DNA of 63,677 nucleotides, the filler included. It is 6 parts of 6 records of this genome, joined end to end, with 100 filler letters (N's around TTAATTAATTAA, not from the genome) between each part and the next. Parts side by side here need not be neighbours in the genome. Positions count along the whole stretch, not along the records: positions 1 to 17,457 come from SRR22947725_1113; positions 17,558 to 23,797 come from SRR22947725_1115; 4 more parts are not named here. One strand, given 5' to 3'. The translations under genes were made by a program, and so were the position numbers. The stretch's first letter is position 1; every line of letters begins with the position of its first letter. Shown here one piece after another: positions 9,712-18,401 of this stretch. The notes beneath the pieces were generated by a model, which saw only the letters and a program-made list of their open reading frames with translations, did not search any database and was not told where the DNA came from.

Positions 9712-10164
9712 TTAGGATTCCTTCTTTTTACCTTCTTTTTTCTTACCCTCTCCTTTTTTGCCTTTCCCTTCTCCTTTTTTCCCTTTCCCTGAAGATTCCT
9801 TACCTCTGGCTGCCATTGCTGCCTTGCGTTCATCCGGGCCGAGCTTTCCGTCGCCGTCCTTGTCAAATTTAGCCATCATTTCCTTGCGGATTGCTGCTTT
9901 TTCATCGTCGCACAGTTTGCCGTCTCCGTCTTTATCAAATTTTTCGAGAATGTGGGGGGGGGGAGTGCGATTGGCCATCATTTCTTTGCGGATTGCTGCC
10001 TTTTCTTCGTCGTTCAATTTACCATCTCCATCCTTGTCAAATTTCTTGATCATCTCCTCGCGAGATGGACGACCCGATTTGTCTCCCTTTCCTCCTTTTT
10101 CCGGTTTAGCGGTCAGTCCAATAGTTAATGTGATAGCGGTGAGAATGGTAAGTAGTAATTTCAT
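9712..10164 (-). CDS. Exported EF-hand (Ca2+-binding) repeat protein with Lys/Gly-rich tail
   Basis: Signal peptide; three copies of KFDKDGDGKLxxxE[KR]; C-terminal KGKKGEG repeats. Confidence 0.85.
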   Translation of the reverse strand: MKLLLTILTAITLTIGLTAKPEKGGKGDKSGRPSREEMIKKFDKDGDGKLNDEEKAAIRKEMMANRTPPPHILEKFDKDGDGKLCDDEKAAIRKEMMAKFDKDGDGKLGPDERKAAMAARGKESSGKGKKGEGKGKKGEGKKKEGKKKES

Positions 10165-10224
10165 AGGTAATATGGGTTAATAATTTTGTTCAAAAATTGT
10201 AAACGGAAGATAGTAAGAAAAGTT

Positions 10225-11640
10225 TCATGATTTTTTCTCATCACTCTCTAATTGGAGGAAATCGTGTGCATTCTGATAGCAAATTTTCTTTGCCATATTA
10301 CCGATAAGTTCAGGTTCTTGGGGGAGGAATCCTTCTGCCATCCAATTGCCGAGAAGGTTGCATAATATTCTGCGAAAGTATTCATGCCTCGGGAAAGAAA
10401 GAAAAGAACGGGAGTCAGTTAACATGCCTATGAAACGGGAAAGTAAGCCAGTATTGGCAAGAGTTTTTATTTGTTCTTCCATTCCATCTCTTTGATCCAA
10501 GTGCCACCAGCCGGAACCAAACTGCATTTTACCGGGAATATCTCTTTGGAAATTTCCGAGCATGGTGGATACTACAAAATTATCGGCCGGGTTATTGTTG
10601 TAGACAATGGTCTTGGGGAGAGCGTCATCCTGGTCGAGTCGGTCGAGAAAAGCGGACATTTTTTCCGCCTGCGTCCAGTCTCCAATTGAGTCTGTACCCG
10701 CATCCGGACCGAAAGTTTTCAGCAAATAACTGGAGTTGTTACGCAAGGGCCCAAGGTGAACCTGCATCGTCCAATTATTGGAGGAATACCATCGGCAAAG
10801 GTAGAGCATGATGAAAGCACCAAATTGTTCTTTCTCTTCCCGGTTGGCATTCTGTCCCTCCAGGGTTTGTTCGAATAATTGCCTCGCTTCCTGTTCCGAG
10901 GGAAAATGGGAGAAGAAGTAAGGAAAGCTATGATCGGACAGACGGGATCCTAATTCGTGAAATTTTTGCAACCTTTCTGCTAATGCCTGTAAAAAAGAAT
11001 CGAAGTTGACGATCGTTTTTCCTGAAGTTTGTTCGAGGGTTTCCACCCATTGAATGAAATCCTGGGCCTGGTCAATTCCCCATGCCTGATCAGGGCGAAA
11101 TGTGGGATATACCTTGCAGGTTTGAATACTTTGGGCGATTTCTTCGTGATAAGATAGTGGGTAGGCTGGATCGTCTGTTGTGCAGAGTGCTTTTACTTGG
11201 AAGCGTTCGAGCATGCCTCTGGCCGAAAAGTCCGGTTCCGCGAGCTTCTCTTTGGTACGGTCCCAAATCTCTTCTGCGGTATCGGGGGAAAGAAGGAGGT
11301 CGATACCAAACCCTCTTTTTAATTCAAGATGAGTCCAGTGATAGAGGGGATTGCCGAGGGTATGGGGAATGGTAGCTGCCCAGGCGAGGTACTTTTCCTT
11401 GGGGTCCCCGTTTCCGGTTACCAATTCTTCGGGAATTCCATTCGCCCGTAAAGCCCGCCATTTATAATGATCTCCCTCCAACCAAATCTCCGCTAGGTTA
11501 CTGAATCGTCGATCTTCCGCAATTTCTTTGGGGGATAAATGATTATGGAAATCGAGAATCGGTTCATCCCGAGCAAATTGGTGATATAAGCAAACTGCTT
11601 GGTCGTTTGTAAGTAAAAAATCGTCGTGTATGAAACTCAT
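10225..11640 (-). CDS. uxaC: Uronate (glucuronate) isomerase
   Basis: DFHNHL, WLEGDHYKWRALRANG, GNPLYHWTHLEL, TTDDP, QFGSGWW, LTDSRSFLSFPRHEYFRR. Confidence 0.95.
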   Translation of the reverse strand: MSFIHDDFLLTNDQAVCLYHQFARDEPILDFHNHLSPKEIAEDRRFSNLAEIWLEGDHYKWRALRANGIPEELVTGNGDPKEKYLAWAATIPHTLGNPLYHWTHLELKRGFGIDLLLSPDTAEEIWDRTKEKLAEPDFSARGMLERFQVKALCTTDDPAYPLSYHEEIAQSIQTCKVYPTFRPDQAWGIDQAQDFIQWVETLEQTSGKTIVNFDSFLQALAERLQKFHELGSRLSDHSFPYFFSHFPSEQEARQLFEQTLEGQNANREEKEQFGAFIMLYLCRWYSSNNWTMQVHLGPLRNNSSYLLKTFGPDAGTDSIGDWTQAEKMSAFLDRLDQDDALPKTIVYNNNPADNFVVSTMLGNFQRDIPGKMQFGSGWWHLDQRDGMEEQIKTLANTGLLSRFIGMLTDSRSFLSFPRHEYFRRILCNLLGNWMAEGFLPQEPELIGNMAKKICYQNAHDFLQLESDEKKS

Positions 11641-11647
11641 ATAATAG

Positions 11648-13795
11648 TTAATTTATCTTAATTCTGACTTTCTTTATCTTACCGTCAAAGTCAAATGCAT
11701 CCTTGTAATCTCCGACCGTACCGCCCTCATCACGGCCAACTTGTAGTCCATCGATGGGCATCTCTTTCACTAGGCTGCTTACTTTTCCACTGCCCAGTTT
11801 TCGTTTGCCGGCAAATAGTTCCACAATTCCATTCGGATTTAATGAAGCCACTATCTTTCCCTCTTTTTCAGTTAATTTTTTATTTGCTTTAATAGTCTCA
11901 ATTTTTCCTCCGAGACTTAGGCTGAAGTGGGCAAAGTTATCTCTTACAAATAAAACCCACCCATGAGTATCTCCCCCCTGGGCAACCAAAATACCTTCTC
12001 CCTGCTTTTCGATATGAACTTCAACTTCAAAAGATTTTTTTCTTATCATCGGGGATAGTTCCTTTATCAGGTTGGCATTTGCATCCAAATTAAATGTCTT
12101 TTTTTTACTCCCTAAATTCTTCTTATTTCTGTTCCATGGCCAGGGTTTGGCATTTGCCTCGATCGCCCATGCTTCCCATTTCTCTGCCATCTGACTGGCT
12201 CGTTCGGGATGAGTTTCGCGGAGGTTATTAAGTTCCGAACGATCGGCTTCGAGGTCGTATAATTCCCACTCTCCATTGGAACCTTTGGCCACCAGTTTCC
12301 AGTTTTCGATTCGGATTGCCCGGTTTCCTTCATGTTCCCAAAAGATGGGATTTTCCCGCTTCAATTTCTTTCCGGAAAAGGCTGGCCCGAGTGAAACTCC
12401 TTGCAATGGGACCATTTTTTTCCCTTTCACCTCATCTGGGTAATTGGCATCAGCCAGTTCCACACAGGTGGCCATCAGGTCAATCAAATGGGCGGGTTGA
12501 TGTTCAAACTTGCCCCTCAACTTGGAGGCAATTCCCTTTGGCCAGTGAGCTACAAGCGGCGCACTAATGCCCCCCTCGTGGACCCAGTGCTTATATTCGC
12601 GGAATGGCGTATTACTCACATTGGCCCATGCTTTTCCGTATCCGTGATAAGTATCCGCACCCCCCGGCATTACTTCAGTTCCCTGCTTCATCACCACCCC
12701 GTCACGTGTCCTTTTGGGAATCATATCCATTTGTAAATCTGAATCCTTCATCGGTTTTAAAATTTCGGGGTCGCTGTCTTTGTATTGGATACCTTCCTTC
12801 CGACCCATGCCTTCCGCACAACCACCATTATCGGCGATAAAAATAATTAATGTGTTCTCGAGCATTTTTCTTTCTTCCAATGCATTGATTATTCTCCCCA
12901 GACCCTGGTCCATTCGATCCACCATGGCAGCATACACTTCCATTAGGCGAATTTCCCATTCTTTATTTTTTGCATCGTGCCATGCTTCGGCATCCCTTGG
13001 GGATAATTTCCACTTCGGTTCAATTAGTCCTAATTTTAACTGCTTTTGATACCGTGCTTCTCTGATTTTTTCCCACCCTTCATCATATCGTCCCTGATAC
13101 TTTTCAATATCCTCAGGGAGTGCATGCATGGGCCAATGAGGAGCGGTATGGGCGACATAGAGAAAAAATGGATTGTTACTATCGTGTTCATTGATAAATC
13201 GGGTGGCATGATCATTTATCGCATCGGTGTAATAAAACTCTTTCGGTTTGTATTCCTTATCCGCATGCGGAGAGATTAGTGTGTTATCTCGAGTCAAAGA
13301 ATTGGGATCGAAAAAACTACCTGCTCCATGAATAGTGCCATAAAACCGATCAAACCCGCGCTGCCTAGGCCAATTATGCTGTGATGAACCCGGATGGATT
13401 TTGGGAGTAACATGCCACTTCCCTGACAAGTAAGTCGAATATTTTGCCGGACTTAACACCTCGGCAATAGTCTGTACGTTACTGCCCAAATCTCCTGTGT
13501 ACCCAGGGAGTCCGGTATCATTCATCATATGTCCGATACCCGCTTGGTGGGGGTAGGTTCCCGTTAATAAGCTGGCACGGGTTGGACAGCAACGCCCCGT
13601 GTTATAAAACTGAGTGAACCTCAGACCGTTCTTGGCCAAACGGTCCAGGTTGGGAGTTTCAATCTCACTGCCGTAGCAACCAATATCGGACCAACCCATA
13701 TCATCTGCCATGACGATGATTACATTGGGTCGGCTTTGTCCAAAGAAAGAGAGAGGAACAAAAAGAGAAAGATAAAACAATATTTGGAATTTCAT
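11648..13795 (-). CDS. Arylsulfatase with an extra C-terminal beta-sandwich (LamG/ConA-like) domain
   Basis: Start re-called at ATG 13795 (MKFQILFYLSLF signal peptide). PNVIIVMADDMG, RCCPTRASLLTG, DNGG. C-terminal extension has EGILVAQGG..GW..GLQVGRD..FDGKI. Confidence 0.9.
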   Translation of the reverse strand: MKFQILFYLSLFVPLSFFGQSRPNVIIVMADDMGWSDIGCYGSEIETPNLDRLAKNGLRFTQFYNTGRCCPTRASLLTGTYPHQAGIGHMMNDTGLPGYTGDLGSNVQTIAEVLSPAKYSTYLSGKWHVTPKIHPGSSQHNWPRQRGFDRFYGTIHGAGSFFDPNSLTRDNTLISPHADKEYKPKEFYYTDAINDHATRFINEHDSNNPFFLYVAHTAPHWPMHALPEDIEKYQGRYDEGWEKIREARYQKQLKLGLIEPKWKLSPRDAEAWHDAKNKEWEIRLMEVYAAMVDRMDQGLGRIINALEERKMLENTLIIFIADNGGCAEGMGRKEGIQYKDSDPEILKPMKDSDLQMDMIPKRTRDGVVMKQGTEVMPGGADTYHGYGKAWANVSNTPFREYKHWVHEGGISAPLVAHWPKGIASKLRGKFEHQPAHLIDLMATCVELADANYPDEVKGKKMVPLQGVSLGPAFSGKKLKRENPIFWEHEGNRAIRIENWKLVAKGSNGEWELYDLEADRSELNNLRETHPERASQMAEKWEAWAIEANAKPWPWNRNKKNLGSKKKTFNLDANANLIKELSPMIRKKSFEVEVHIEKQGEGILVAQGGDTHGWVLFVRDNFAHFSLSLGGKIETIKANKKLTEKEGKIVASLNPNGIVELFAGKRKLGSGKVSSLVKEMPIDGLQVGRDEGGTVGDYKDAFDFDGKIKKVRIKIN

Positions 13796-13872
13796 AATAT
13801 AAAAAGTTGCAAAATAGGTTTTTGCTTGCTCGAGGGGGGGAAAGTCAATACTTAACAATGCCTTTGGAGCAT

Positions 13873-13947
13873 GGCGCGGTAGCCAAGTGGTAAGGCCGGG
13901 GACTGCAAATCCTCTATTCGTGAGTTCGATTCTCACCCGCGCCTCCA
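13873..13947 (+). tRNA. tRNA-Cys(GCA), CCA encoded
   Basis: GGCGCGG/CCGCGCC acceptor stem, D-loop AAGTGGTAA, anticodon loop CT-GCA-AA, T-loop TTCGATT, ends TCCA. Confidence 0.95.
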
Positions 13948-14272
13948 TTTCTAGTTTCTAAGATATGTGTTTATTTGCTCACACGCCGCCGATAATTCTA
14001 TAATGGGCGGTAAACAAAAAATAAGACCTTGTGTATTGGTTGTCTATGTACTCAGTTCAAATGAAAGAGCAATTAAAAGGCAAGTAAGGTTAAAATCCGA
14101 AAAAGTGTTATTTTTCTGATTCATTCACTCCTTCGCTACTTTTAATTTAATTAAAAATCCTTGATTAGAAATTAATAAATTTGAAGTTTAGTTTGGATTA
14201 AAAAGATTTAGATACGAAACCTTTTTTGGAGTTATCGAGCATTATCTTCGCTCTAAAATTAATCAAAGTCAC

Positions 14273-14303
14273 AAAAAAGCCCGGTCGGTGTGACCGGGCT
14301 TTT
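14273..14303 (-). terminator. Intrinsic terminator downstream of the outer-membrane barrel gene
   Basis: AAAAGCCCGGTC-GGTGT-GACCGGGCTTTT perfect 12-bp stem; the A6 run is the U-tract on the minus strand. Confidence 0.8.
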
Positions 14304-14323
14304 AGGTTAAATGACCTAAGAAT

Positions 14324-15013
14324 TTAGTATTTGTATTTAAAACCGAGCAGAAAAGAATCACTAGAGGGTTTTATAGAATTAGCACCGACATTAAAGGAGT
14401 CATAAAATACATGGTTGTAAGAAAATGATATGTCTATTTTTTCGTTGATATGATAATCAAGGGGAATTGCAAGAGAAATTGCTTCTGATAAATCAAACTG
14501 ATTTACGGCATCTGTATCATTGAAAATCCAAGTTAAAGATGGCGTGAATGTCAAGGGAGCTAAATCAATTTCTACCCCAAGGCCAAAAGCGAAAGCCGAA
14601 GAAGAATTTGAAGTTTTCGTACCACCTGTGACATCAACCTCTGACTTAGCGTAGGAATAGCCCAAGTCCGCGAAAATTATACTTTCACCAAGCTTAGTAA
14701 ATGGCCTAAGATTCATAGTGAAAGCAGAGGAATCGATATCTGCATTAGCTCCCAACAGATTAGTTACATTAGAATTTCCTTCTAATCCGCTAGCTTGAGA
14801 AAAACCCAACGAAATATCTACTCCGTATGTATTTAATGGCACGACATTAAAACTAGTGCCAAGCCCATAGCTAAATCCTTCAAAGTCATAATCTACAGAA
14901 TTAATCTCATAGCCTGTAGTTAGATAACCTATACCAGCACCTGCCCAATTTGATCCAATGTTGCCAGCGAAGGTGAGAGTAGGAAGTAGAAATAATAATA
15001 AGATTTTGTTCAT
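14324..15013 (-). CDS. Small outer-membrane beta-barrel protein (OmpA/porin-like)
   Basis: Signal peptide, alternating amphipathic beta-strands, C-terminal aromatic BAM-type signal LLGFKYKY. Confidence 0.75.
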   Translation of the reverse strand: MNKILLLFLLPTLTFAGNIGSNWAGAGIGYLTTGYEINSVDYDFEGFSYGLGTSFNVVPLNTYGVDISLGFSQASGLEGNSNVTNLLGANADIDSSAFTMNLRPFTKLGESIIFADLGYSYAKSEVDVTGGTKTSNSSSAFAFGLGVEIDLAPLTFTPSLTWIFNDTDAVNQFDLSEAISLAIPLDYHINEKIDISFSYNHVFYDSFNVGANSIKPSSDSFLLGFKYKY

Positions 15014-15325
15014 ATATGGTATTTTAATTAATAATTTATGTTTATATTAGATAGTATAAGTTCATAATAAATTAATTTATGTCAATTTTAATGTATTGAT
15101 TTTATTATATTTAATTGTTTGAAAGTTAGTTTTCTTATTCAAAAGTGTACTTCATTCTGGATGTTGTTCTTTTTCGTTTGGTAAAACTAGCGAGTTAGGT
15201 AAAAGTTTGTGAGTTTTCATTGGGAGTAGCTTTTCTGACTTAATTATGTTTATTTTTGCTAGACGTTTGTTTGATTCACATGGTTCAAGTTTATCATTGA
15301 TTTTCAGTATGTATAGTATGATAGA

Positions 15326-16405
15326 TCACTTCCTTTTTACCCATTTTTTATCGGTTTCGCTCCATAAATACCACACTTCTTCGTTGTTATGATAGACAGA
15401 ATATTGACCAACGCCCGATGGGTAATGATAAAGCCAAGTTTTGTGTTCATTATTGAAGACCCAAGGCCATTTATTCCATCCCCATCCATTAAGATTTATA
15501 CTGTTTGAGGAATCTGTAATTCTTGGTTTTTCGCTATCTTGGGAGTAATCGAAATCATTAATGAAGATTTTCCAATTAGCAAAATCTACCCAGCTTGTAT
15601 CGCTCTCACCATCCACTAAATTCATTTCTCCAACAAATGAGTTGGCCACTTTTTTTAGAGATATAAATCTCGCATTTACAGTATCGATCCCATCAGAAAA
15701 ACTTAGATTACTAAGGTTAAGCCTTTCTTCTAGAGATTCATACTCAAAGTTAGACTGACCAATGATATTTACAGTGCCACCGGCAATTCTTGGTTGTGAT
15801 GCCTGCAGGCTCAATTTTTCTCCTCCATCTTGGTATTCAATAGTACCATTCCAAGATGAGGTGTACCAATCTCCAGAAATTTTCAGGGAAGAGGCGTCAG
15901 CACCATTAAGCGTTTTGAGAATATATGTACCATTTGGGTCGTTTGCATCTCTAGTGAAAAGACATGTGAATTCGTCATTTGTGTATAATCCATTTTTATC
16001 CCATTGAGTAGTCTCTTTCACATTTACTATTGCGTTGACTGACTGCTTCTTTTCCAAGAAATCCAAAACACCATTGTTGTTAATGTCAGTGGAAGGTAAA
16101 GTTATGTCGAATACACCGTAACTATAAATGCCATTATTGTCTGATGCAATGTAGTCCGCAGCATATAAATTTAGTGCATTGGACTTTGGTTTTACCTCTC
16201 CGCTTACTGCGCCGCTTGAGGATATGTATGGTCGTCGAGAAAGTCCGTCATAAGTTGTAAAAAAAGCCGAATCGCCATTATTTAAATCTAAAGGTGACAT
16301 AAAAAATGAGTAGCAATGTGCTTCTATTGTCGCTCTTTTGTTCTCTGCAGATTGTGCTTTAGGTAATGTTAATATAAAGAGGATGCAAAGAGTGAAAGTT
16401 TTCAT
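15326..16405 (-). CDS. Exported hypothetical beta-rich protein with a C-terminal Trp/Tyr-rich module
   Basis: Signal peptide (MKTFTLCILFILTLPKAQS), DINNNGVLD Ca-binding-like loop, C-terminal WGWNKWPWVF..WLY..Y..VW module. Confidence 0.7.
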   Translation of the reverse strand: MKTFTLCILFILTLPKAQSAENKRATIEAHCYSFFMSPLDLNNGDSAFFTTYDGLSRRPYISSSGAVSGEVKPKSNALNLYAADYIASDNNGIYSYGVFDITLPSTDINNNGVLDFLEKKQSVNAIVNVKETTQWDKNGLYTNDEFTCLFTRDANDPNGTYILKTLNGADASSLKISGDWYTSSWNGTIEYQDGGEKLSLQASQPRIAGGTVNIIGQSNFEYESLEERLNLSNLSFSDGIDTVNARFISLKKVANSFVGEMNLVDGESDTSWVDFANWKIFINDFDYSQDSEKPRITDSSNSINLNGWGWNKWPWVFNNEHKTWLYHYPSGVGQYSVYHNNEEVWYLWSETDKKWVKRK

Positions 16406-16468
16406 TTTTAAATTTAAAAATATATTAATGGTAGTTTTTTTGGAGTGGGTAGGTGAGGAAATATTGAG

Positions 16469-17220
16469 TTACCAATACAATTCAGCGTTGGGTAATGCTT
16501 TGATTAGTAAGTTTCTTTGTTCCAATGAAATATTGTTATAGTGGAATTCTGCTACTTTTAAATTAACTAAGCCAGTAAGCGGGGAAACATCTGAGATATT
16601 ATTACTATACAAAAGTAATTTTTCTGATAAATTAATTAATCCCCCCAAAGGAGAAACATCTGAAATATTGTTACCGTCGAGATAAAGTTTTTTCAATTTT
16701 TTAAGTTTTGTAAGGGAGTTATATCAGACAGTTTTTTATGATCTGTTATGTAAAGTTCTTCTAGATTTACTAAGCCGCTAATCGGTGAAATGTCAGTAAG
16801 TTCTGAACTTGTTCCCGATGTATGTATCCTTAATATTTTTAAATTTGTTAACCCTCCAACAGGAGATATGTCAAAGTTACCAACCGAATAATTAATGCCT
16901 AGTGTAGTTGAATTACTATCTTTAGCATTTTTAATCTGTTCGAGTACTTCTTTCCCTCCAAATGCATCTGGGTTTTTTAACCATTCAGAATATTGCTTAT
17001 CCCAATTAATGACATAATTTACGCTGAATTCTTCCCACACTTTAGTACTTGCCCTGTAAGCATAAATTTTTTTATCCGCGCCACCTTGAAGATATAACCA
17101 ATCTTCCGTTTTAGCATCATAAACCCATGGATACTCTTTGTAGTACAACCACTCCGAGGCAGAATAAATTGAGGAAGATAGAAGAATTGAGGAAATAGAA
17201 GCGAAAAGGAATTTCATCAT
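16469..17220 (-). pseudogene. Internalin-like leucine-rich-repeat exported protein with an N-terminal Trp/Tyr-rich module, split by a 1-nt frameshift near 16697-16702
   Basis: ORFs 16693-17220 and 16469-16696 both carry xDxSPLxGLxNLxxLxLxxNxI repeats. One extra base in the A6 run joins them (LQNL-KK-LKKLYLDGNNI). It could be a real pseudogene, recoding or an assembly error. Confidence 0.7.
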
Positions 17221-17457
17221 CCAACAAAACCACACCTGATCCACTTAGTCAATAAGGAGGATAGGTTAATTATTTAATTACTATTTTTTCACGTAAGGCC
17301 TGTTTTTCGCTTTGCGAATGTGACACGAGTCCGCGCTTTTTCTAGTGCGTAGAACTGATTCCTAATGTTAAAGGAGTGTTTTTTATAAAAATACCAATAG
17401 TCTAAATGAAAAAATAAAAGAGCAAAAAATAAGAACCGCCACAATTAGTAAAATTAT

Positions 17458-17557
17458 NNNNNNNNNNNNNNNNNNNNNNNNNNNNNNNNNNNNNNNNNNN
17501 NTTAATTAATTAANNNNNNNNNNNNNNNNNNNNNNNNNNNNNNNNNNNNNNNNNNNN
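17458..17557. other. Artificial contig linker (44N-TTAATTAATTAA-44N)
   Basis: 100-bp spacer with stops in all six frames; genes are truncated at the junction and gene style changes across it. Confidence 0.97.
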
Positions 17558-17813
17558 AATAGATGCCACATTAGATAGACAGCAAGGAAGTAACGCCTGG
17601 CTTACTTTAAGTTTTCGAGAAGGTAAAAATAGAGAAGTAAGAAAGGTTATGAACTATCTTGGCTATAATGTTAACCGTCTAATAAGAATTTCTTTTGGCC
17701 CTTTTAATCTTAAAAATTTGTCTGCTGGTGAACTAGAAGAAATAAAAAGTAGAGTGTTGAACGACCAATTAGGGTTATCAAAACTAAAAAAAATAAAACA
17801 AAAAAAAATATAA
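17558..17813 (+). CDS. rluB: rRNA pseudouridine synthase (RluB/RsuA family), C-terminal fragment
   Basis: Manual translation: DRQQGSNAWLTLSFREGKNREVRKVM..VNRLIRISFGPF; stop TAA at 17811-17813. Confidence 0.8.
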
Positions 17814-17819
17814 AAGACT

Positions 17820-18401
17820 ATGAGAATAATAAGTGGAAAATTTAGAGGGTTAAAACTTTACCCCCCACTTGACTCAAATACTAGACCTACATCTGATAGG
17901 TTAAAAGAATCTCTATTTTCAATCTTAGAATCTCATAAATACAATCTGAATTTAAGCACATCTAAAGTTCTTGATATTTGTAGTGGAACTGGAGCACTAG
18001 GAATTGAGGCAATATCAAGAGGTACTGAACTTGTATATTTCATTGAAAAAGACCCAAAGGCAATTCACGTAATTGAAAAAAATATTTCAAAATTAAAGAT
18101 AAAAAATCAAAATAAAATTCAAATTAATTTAATAAAGGATGATGCAGTAAAGGCACTTAAGAAAATAAGCACTATATTTAATATAATTTTTATAGATCCT
18201 CCTTATAATACATCGATTATTGAAGAGTGTTTAATTGGCTTAAAAGAATTAAACTTAATTAATAATGACAGCTATATTTTTGCTGAAAGTAGTAAAAAAG
18301 AAAGTTTTCAAGTAGAAGGATATGAAGTATTTGATACTAAAGCATACGGTAAATCTAAATTAACGATCTTAAGATTAATTAGATCAGGCTCTATTGAATA
18401 A
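17820..18401 (+). CDS. rsmD: 16S rRNA m2G966 methyltransferase
   Basis: MRIISGKFRG, TRPTSDRLKESLF, LDICSGTGALGIEAISRG, IFIDPPY. Confidence 0.93.
   Translation: MRIISGKFRGLKLYPPLDSNTRPTSDRLKESLFSILESHKYNLNLSTSKVLDICSGTGALGIEAISRGTELVYFIEKDPKAIHVIEKNISKLKIKNQNKIQINLIKDDAVKALKKISTIFNIIFIDPPYNTSIIEECLIGLKELNLINNDSYIFAESSKKESFQVEGYEVFDTKAYGKSKLTILRLIRSGSIE

Larger units (their letters stand above)
13948..17457. mobile_element. Putative tRNA-anchored AT-rich variable region or genomic island (no integrase seen; truncated by contig end)
   Basis: Visible shift to AT-rich sequence right after the tRNA-Cys 3' end, long intergenic gaps, and only surface-protein or hypothetical genes. Confidence 0.4.

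Noticed and set aside
9624..10180. Alternate-frame and antisense ORFs over the EF-hand gene
   Set aside because: By-products of low-complexity repetitive coding sequence.
13796..13948. 51-aa N-terminal extension of the 766-aa sulfatase ORF
   Set aside because: It is the antisense read-through of tRNA-Cys; the signal peptide starts at ATG 13795.
13948..17457. Search for an attR copy of the tRNA-Cys 3' end, an integrase or a transposase
   Set aside because: None found by eye; only a 6-nt CCGCGC match near 17331, which is not significant.
17245..17457. Possible small membrane-protein fragment at the contig end
   Set aside because: Short, truncated and the frame is ambiguous; cannot be supported.
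17502..17513. TTAATTAATTAA recurring five times between N runs, superficially like a repeat array
   Set aside because: Artificial all-frame-stop concatenation spacer, not a CRISPR or biological repeat.
18384..18401. Tail-to-tail overlap of rsmD and mutL
   Set aside because: Short convergent overlaps are ordinary in compact AT-rich genomes.
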